A stretch of DNA of 64,000 nucleotides from a virus: positions 32,001-96,000 of IMG/VR virus record IMGVR_UViG_3300025117_000038, one strand, 5' to 3'. The translations under genes and the position numbers were made by a program. A model generated the notes under the pieces. The model ran no database searches, had not been told where the DNA came from, and was given only the letters and a program-made list of their open reading frames with translations. Positions 58,568 to 64,000 of the stretch are shown here, piece after piece (position 1 is the stretch's first letter; each line of letters starts with the position of its first letter).

Positions 58568-61500
58568 TGATTAGGAAAGATGTAGATAAACAAATTTATC
58601 TCAGGGAAAGAGATAAAATTGGTAATGTAGACCCGACTGTAATTACTACAAATTACAATTTTACAGTTAATAAACAAAATTCAAATGTATATACCATCCC
58701 AATTCAATGGACAAAAAATTATTATATTTTCGAAAGACAAAGCAGTAGCGGGGGACTTCCATTAACATATGATATTAATGATTTTTCCAATTATCACGGA
58801 AGTATAAGTAATAAAAAAATTCCTCAATATACAGAAGGATTTTTTGATATTCTTACAAACGGTGAAAATGCCGCGTATACATGTATTATAAGGTCTGGTA
58901 GTGGATTATCAAGCACAATAATCATAAAAAATAACCCAAACAATGAAGACAATGAGATTATTTATAGTGTATGCATGTATTATAACAACTCTTGGTACAT
59001 AATGGGAAGTGGTAACAGCTCAAAAAATAAACCAATAAACATTCAAATACCAGAAAATATTGTAGCAACTATTGCTATTGTTATTTATTCGTCAACGGTT
59101 GTTTTACCCTCAAATTCTGTTAATAACATTACCATTGAAACAATGTTTAATGTTACTGCATTAAGTTGGGAAGAGGGTTCATTCGCGACTATGGAACAAC
59201 CAAGGTGGTTTTCGAATGGTCTTTATTCAAGTGCCAACCCTGTTACAAGAAATGTTAGCACCATGTTAATATGGAGACACCCCGACAATAAGGTTAATTT
59301 TGCCGGAACCGGAATTTACAGAAACTCAAGAGAAACCGTTGGACACCAAATTAACAGTTCATATATCAATTCAATTGGAGTAAGCAGTGCTTATGTATCT
59401 TCAAGTTATGGAGCAGGGACGACAGTTTATTATAATGATGTAGAATATGTACCCATTGTTTCGAAAACACTTAATGCAAATTTATTTACAAATGGTTATA
59501 TGAATAGTAAAAATGGATGGGAATTTTATCATACCGGAGGAACGGGTGTATTAAATGCATCTACCGCTAATGTCGTCCCAATATACTCAATTAATGGTGG
59601 TGACTGTATTTGTGTTTCCCATACAGTTACAGCAACAAGCAGAACATCATATATGAAATCAACCGATAAAGTAAAAATACCATGGTATAACGGAGAATTA
59701 CTTGCTGGTATTCCATATGACATTGATGTTCTTTTGTCTTATAAAACAAAAACTGACTTATCAACACCGATTGCGCCAATAATTAAAATAATGTATCTGT
59801 CAAGCAACGATGGGACAAAATGCACTGTATCATCATCGGTAGGTTATGGTTCAGTCAATAATAGATGGGGAACAATAAGAAAAACATTGTTATTTTATAA
59901 CATAGACAATAATGGTGACGAAAGTACAATTCCGCAAACATGCAGATATCTACAACCATATATATATACAGCTATAGGTTCAACAAGTTGTAGTGGCAAG
60001 TTTTATTTTTCTGGATTGTTTATTGGCCAATATAACACATTATCTTCAGATAACAATACTATAAATCATTCAACGGAACCATTGACATATGTATCATTTA
60101 ACGATAGATTGACTGTTCCGAGTAATTCTCACACTTTTGATATATTTGAAATGGATACTTCAGTAGGAAATTTTGGTAACACATTTAGTGCAAGTGCTCC
60201 CGCTATAAATTATACTGTTAATAAAACAAGAACTGGGGGTCTTTTTAATGGCGGAATAAATGTTCCGAGATACCAAATGATTGAAGGTGGAACGGTTCAT
60301 CCAACATCAAATAGATTTCCTGACGGAAATTTTTATACTACATCATCGGGTGTTTATTATTACAATTTATCTACCCCATATGTAAGTTATTCCGACACAG
60401 CGTTTTGTGGAGGTTATTCTGTTAAAATTAACAGTCAGTTAAGTTCTGTTTCTCAATGTATTTATAAACCATTTTTATCATATGAGGGAAGCGGAAATGA
60501 CCTTACCGGAGCGACATCGTTATGTATAAGTGCTTGGGCAAAAGCAGCAACTCCCATTGCTGCTGGTGACAATCCAAAATTAATGCTTGGAGTTACTCTT
60601 GCTCCGGTATTCACTGCATATAAAACAGTTTCTTCGGCATCATTTGGGTTAACATCTGAATGGAAAAGATATAAATTTAAAGCAAATTTAACCGCAACAA
60701 GTGTTGTTACTGCATATATAGGAGAAGGATTTATTGGTGTCCCAAGGTATTCGAAAGGAACTATTTTAATAAACGGGGTTACAGTAACACAGGGATATGG
60801 TTATTATTCTAATATACCATCTGTTTTTAGTAAAAGTTCTACTGACAACACTGTTCCAGTGCAAGTAATATCTCTTGACACAGCAAGTTCATTATTTGGC
60901 AATTACGGCTCATTATCATTTTATTGGACACCTCAGTGTGATAGCAGTGGATATGAGAGTTTAATTAAAAAGATAACATTACTCGAAAGATATAAAAATG
61001 ATAATAGTTATATAAAAATGGAATGGGATGGGGCTACTTCTAATCCATGTGGATATCGTTTTATTCAAAATGATGGAACAGAATATATAACAGATATTGC
61101 TACCAGTGTAGGTATTCACACTAATATTCCAGTGTTTATTTCCTTAAGATGGACTCCCGAAAGGTACTACCCTACTATTAATAGATATCATACTTCTGCG
61201 ACAAGATTACATGTAGCTTCTGTAAATTCTTTATTAATAGGCACAGACCACGATAGAAGATATATGGCAGATGGAACTTATACAAATTTAAGAATAGATA
61301 CTTGTTTTTGGGATGATGGATATACATACATTCAAAGTATAGCACGACAATATCATCCAGACTCATACAATAGTCTTTCTTATTTTTCTTATGCACAAAA
61401 TAGTCATCTTGCAGATGTTCCTGTTTCAGGGAGATTTATCCAACCGTACTTCGATAATTACAATTTAGTTAACGGTAGACTATATGAATATACTCTCGAT

Positions 61501-62982
61501 TTCTACGATACTTATGGTAATAGGGGAGCAAAAAGTGATAAGAGAACAATTAATGCTGGCGATACCACAGCTCCATCGGCTGTTACAGCTACGGCATCTG
61601 AAACACATATGGATTACGTTGTTTTCAACTGGACTATGCCATCTGAAAAAGATACCTATAAAGCATATTTATTTAAAGACAGAATGAAATCTATTTCAAG
61701 TGCCGATGCTTGTGTCTATGGAAACTACTCTTCACAACAACAATACGTTTGGTATAATATATGGGATTCAAATATTCATAAATTATATGTTTTACCAAGT
61801 GATGTGTGGGGTAATTATGATACTGCTAATGTTGTTTATATAACCGGGGAAGCCTCTATTGTCCCTAAAAACTTCGCCATGAACGGCGGGGTAGAAAAAC
61901 TTACCGGATTTAGTAACTATGCCACTCCAATAGGATGGGAAGAAGTCTATAAAGCAGATAAAAAATATAGTGGTGGAAAATATATGGTTCCGTTTGGTAA
62001 ATACGCCATTCATCTTAAGTATAAAGCTCCGTCAGAAACATCCAATATAATTGTGTTTCCTGCTCCATTATACGATTCGGCCACAGTTTATTGTATGAGC
62101 TTGTGGATTTACGACAAGCCAAGCACGAATCAATATTTTTATTGGCTGGGATATAATTTAGGTGGAGAAGAGTTAGAAAGAGAATTTAAGGTAGCTCAAC
62201 CAAACGGGGAGTCATTTACATTATACAACGCTACTGGTGACCCCAGTGTTTGGTATCGTTATACAGCGACAGTCGCAGCTACAGCTTTGGCAAGTGTGTC
62301 ATCTTTTAAGGTAATGGGAATAGAATTATCTGGTTCTGGAGCTGGCGATGGTGTTTATGGTGATAATTTACAAGTAGAATATGGACTAACACCATCAAAG
62401 TATCAAGAAAATTACATAACGACTCAGTACAACGTACCATTAAAAACAATTCTCGGTAATACTATTCAAGAAAACACCGTTACCATGAACGCTATGGTAG
62501 ATAACGCGATTAATATAGGTAACGCAGCCGGAGAGGGTAGCTATGTTTTAGTTGGGAAACAGGCTACTGACAGTGCTTATGTTTATATGAGCCCCAATAA
62601 TCTCAAATATCATGTACCAGGTATGCCAACATCTGCTGGATATACTATAACAAAACATATCGAAGGTGGAGTTGCCTATTTTGATACAACCATAGCATTT
62701 AATAAATCATATTTAGGGGCTTTTGGAGAAAAGAAAGCTCCATATTTAATTGTTACAATGGATGATGTCATGGTAACAAGTACATCTATAGCACTTGATA
62801 CTGGTTTACCACAAAAATTAAAGATAATAAAAATTGCTACATCCGGGGGATTCTATTGCAATGCATTTTTATATCAATCTTTAACTGATTCACATCCTGA
62901 GTGGTTCCCCGTTTTAGCCAATTCAACGGCAAGTAATAAGACATTATATGCATACAATCCAAATGCTTCTAATATAGATTAA
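58567..62982 (+). CDS. tail fibre / receptor-binding protein with CBM-like, LamG-like and FN3-like domains
   Basis: NLFTNG, ISAWAK..TSEWKRY, NLVNGRLYEY..DTYGN, DTTAPSA, DNLQVEYG..PS.Y. Confidence 0.7.
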   Translation: MIRKDVDKQIYLRERDKIGNVDPTVITTNYNFTVNKQNSNVYTIPIQWTKNYYIFERQSSSGGLPLTYDINDFSNYHGSISNKKIPQYTEGFFDILTNGENAAYTCIIRSGSGLSSTIIIKNNPNNEDNEIIYSVCMYYNNSWYIMGSGNSSKNKPINIQIPENIVATIAIVIYSSTVVLPSNSVNNITIETMFNVTALSWEEGSFATMEQPRWFSNGLYSSANPVTRNVSTMLIWRHPDNKVNFAGTGIYRNSRETVGHQINSSYINSIGVSSAYVSSSYGAGTTVYYNDVEYVPIVSKTLNANLFTNGYMNSKNGWEFYHTGGTGVLNASTANVVPIYSINGGDCICVSHTVTATSRTSYMKSTDKVKIPWYNGELLAGIPYDIDVLLSYKTKTDLSTPIAPIIKIMYLSSNDGTKCTVSSSVGYGSVNNRWGTIRKTLLFYNIDNNGDESTIPQTCRYLQPYIYTAIGSTSCSGKFYFSGLFIGQYNTLSSDNNTINHSTEPLTYVSFNDRLTVPSNSHTFDIFEMDTSVGNFGNTFSASAPAINYTVNKTRTGGLFNGGINVPRYQMIEGGTVHPTSNRFPDGNFYTTSSGVYYYNLSTPYVSYSDTAFCGGYSVKINSQLSSVSQCIYKPFLSYEGSGNDLTGATSLCISAWAKAATPIAAGDNPKLMLGVTLAPVFTAYKTVSSASFGLTSEWKRYKFKANLTATSVVTAYIGEGFIGVPRYSKGTILINGVTVTQGYGYYSNIPSVFSKSSTDNTVPVQVISLDTASSLFGNYGSLSFYWTPQCDSSGYESLIKKITLLERYKNDNSYIKMEWDGATSNPCGYRFIQNDGTEYITDIATSVGIHTNIPVFISLRWTPERYYPTINRYHTSATRLHVASVNSLLIGTDHDRRYMADGTYTNLRIDTCFWDDGYTYIQSIARQYHPDSYNSLSYFSYAQNSHLADVPVSGRFIQPYFDNYNLVNGRLYEYTLDFYDTYGNRGAKSDKRTINAGDTTAPSAVTATASETHMDYVVFNWTMPSEKDTYKAYLFKDRMKSISSADACVYGNYSSQQQYVWYNIWDSNIHKLYVLPSDVWGNYDTANVVYITGEASIVPKNFAMNGGVEKLTGFSNYATPIGWEEVYKADKKYSGGKYMVPFGKYAIHLKYKAPSETSNIIVFPAPLYDSATVYCMSLWIYDKPSTNQYFYWLGYNLGGEELEREFKVAQPNGESFTLYNATGDPSVWYRYTATVAATALASVSSFKVMGIELSGSGAGDGVYGDNLQVEYGLTPSKYQENYITTQYNVPLKTILGNTIQENTVTMNAMVDNAINIGNAAGEGSYVLVGKQATDSAYVYMSPNNLKYHVPGMPTSAGYTITKHIEGGVAYFDTTIAFNKSYLGAFGEKKAPYLIVTMDDVMVTSTSIALDTGLPQKLKIIKIATSGGFYCNAFLYQSLTDSHPEWFPVLANSTASNKTLYAYNPNASNID

Positions 62983-62991
62983 GGAGGGGTA

Positions 62992-63399
62992 ATGATACGT
63001 TACGGCGCGGCTGTCTTAGATTTTACATCAAGAAATGCCTATGGATATTTGTCATTTGCGATGATATCCAATAAGAATAATGGAACCGCAAAGGTTTCCT
63101 TTTGGGCAACGAGTGGAGCATCAACGTCATATCCGAATGGTGGATGGAATGCGATTCATAGTGCTTACTTTGCACTATCAGAATCTGTTTCTTTCTATGG
63201 AATGCATTTCACAAATACAGATTTTAATGGAGCTAATTCGGTTGCCTTGCATTTACATACACCAAGTGCGAGTTTCGGGTGGGCATCATGTAATCCCATG
63301 ACAATCACATATTACGTAGATGAATTTAATACTTTATCGTCGGGGAATCCAATGGGAACATTTTCTTGGATAGCATTAGACGGAGGATTCTCAACTTAA
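62992..63399 (+). CDS. small fibre-tip protein, in frame with the preceding gene
   Basis: TAAGGAGG SD; ends FSWIALDG. Confidence 0.6.
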   Translation: MIRYGAAVLDFTSRNAYGYLSFAMISNKNNGTAKVSFWATSGASTSYPNGGWNAIHSAYFALSESVSFYGMHFTNTDFNGANSVALHLHTPSASFGWASCNPMTITYYVDEFNTLSSGNPMGTFSWIALDGGFST

Positions 63400-63416
63400 G
63401 AAGGAGTGTTCTCAAT

Positions 63417-63902
63417 ATGAGAAAGATTGATAAAATTATCATTCATTGTTCTGCATCTGAGTGGGGCAATGCTAAGGTTATTGACCAATGGCATCATGAA
63501 CGTGGGTTTAATGAAATAGGATATCATTATGTTATTTGCAACGGGTATCCAGAATATAAAGACTATAAATCCAACATAAGAAAAAATAATGACGGATTAG
63601 TAGAAAAGGGAAGAAATATATCTATCGTAGGAGCTCATGCTGTTGGAGACAATAAGACAAGTGTGGGGATTTGCTTAATAGGAGATAAGGATTTTACGGA
63701 AAAACAAATTAATGCATTGTTAAATCTTTTATATGACCTAGTAAAAAAATACCCCATAGGAATGAACATATGGGGTCATTATGAGGTTAACTCAGGCGTT
63801 AAACAAGGTAAGACATGTCCCAATATGAATATGGACACTTTACGTATGCAATTTATGAATTATGCTATACTTAGACTTTATAGGGAAAGCCAAGAAGATT
63901 GA
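63417..63902 (+). CDS. N-acetylmuramoyl-L-alanine amidase endolysin (Amidase_2, T7 lysozyme-like)
   Basis: IIIHCSA, IGYHYVI, GAHA, SVGICLIG, GHYE, KTCP. Confidence 0.93.
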   Translation: MRKIDKIIIHCSASEWGNAKVIDQWHHERGFNEIGYHYVICNGYPEYKDYKSNIRKNNDGLVEKGRNISIVGAHAVGDNKTSVGICLIGDKDFTEKQINALLNLLYDLVKKYPIGMNIWGHYEVNSGVKQGKTCPNMNMDTLRMQFMNYAILRLYRESQED

Positions 63903-64000
63903 AGGCTTCTTCTCTATTAATAATATTTCCTTTCATGGATTCCATTTTTCTACATAATTCTATTGCATCTCCAGCCATTCCACACCCAACACCAAAACAA
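63871..64000 (-). CDS. 3' end of a gene with a C-terminal CHC2 primase-type zinc finger (partial, not in ORF track)
   Basis: Minus strand reads CFGVGCGMAGDAIELCRKMESMKGNIINREEAFNLLGFPYKV then TAA at 63873-63871. Confidence 0.7.
   Translation of the reverse strand, partial: CFGVGCGMAGDAIELCRKMESMKGNIINREEAFNLLGFPYKV

Noticed and set aside
2500-63301. Short minus-strand and off-frame ORFs in the supplied track
   Set aside because: They lie within well-supported + strand genes and show no recognisable motifs; treated as shadow ORFs
58567-63399. Diversity-generating retroelement target in the fibre genes
   Set aside because: No reverse transcriptase and no template/variable repeat pair seen in this window
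1-64000. Genome-wide stop-codon reassignment (TAG or TGA), prompted by many TAG ends and the in-frame TAG-TAG at 42348-42353
   Set aside because: Standard-code ORFs up to 1764 aa tile the window, TAG stops usually double as the next SD, and TGA stops form ATGA overlaps
1-64000. tRNA or rRNA genes and integrase
   Set aside because: The few intergenic gaps are very AT-rich with no cloverleaf seen, and no recombinase motif was recognised

Overview
The window is a 64-kb segment of a large, AT-rich tailed dsDNA phage, most likely a long-tailed siphovirus (tape measure and tail tube, no sheath). Almost all genes are on the + strand. Order: holin-like gene and a repeat/palindrome-rich non-coding island (1-690); a ~9.3-kb glycosylation island (GT2 x2, divergent GT-B x2, GT9-like, GT4, a multi-pass GT-C-like membrane protein, NDP-sugar epimerase, WecB, DUF4254-like, MazG-like); class II ribonucleotide reductase with an HNH intein; HD, DUF1599/Nmad1-like, HNH, beta-clamp and sigma-like genes; terminase, portal, protease, scaffold and capsid; a ~16-kb insert of appendage and glycan-binding genes; then neck, tail, tape measure, tail tip, fibre and amidase endolysin. 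The most striking signal is two large appendage-type proteins inside the virion module that carry N-terminal signal peptides and are saturated with D-S/T motifs, the Bacteroidota/FCB O-glycosylation sequon. They are flanked by two proteins built on a strict 14-residue repeat. Together with the glycosylation island this suggests an exported, glycosylated virion-decoration system (inference). Other oddities are apparent complete GATC avoidance, non-canonical recoding at the tail chaperone, two structural domains split by a stop-SD-ATG junction, and two enzymes with eroded catalytic motifs. All family calls come from motif recognition by eye; no searches were run.
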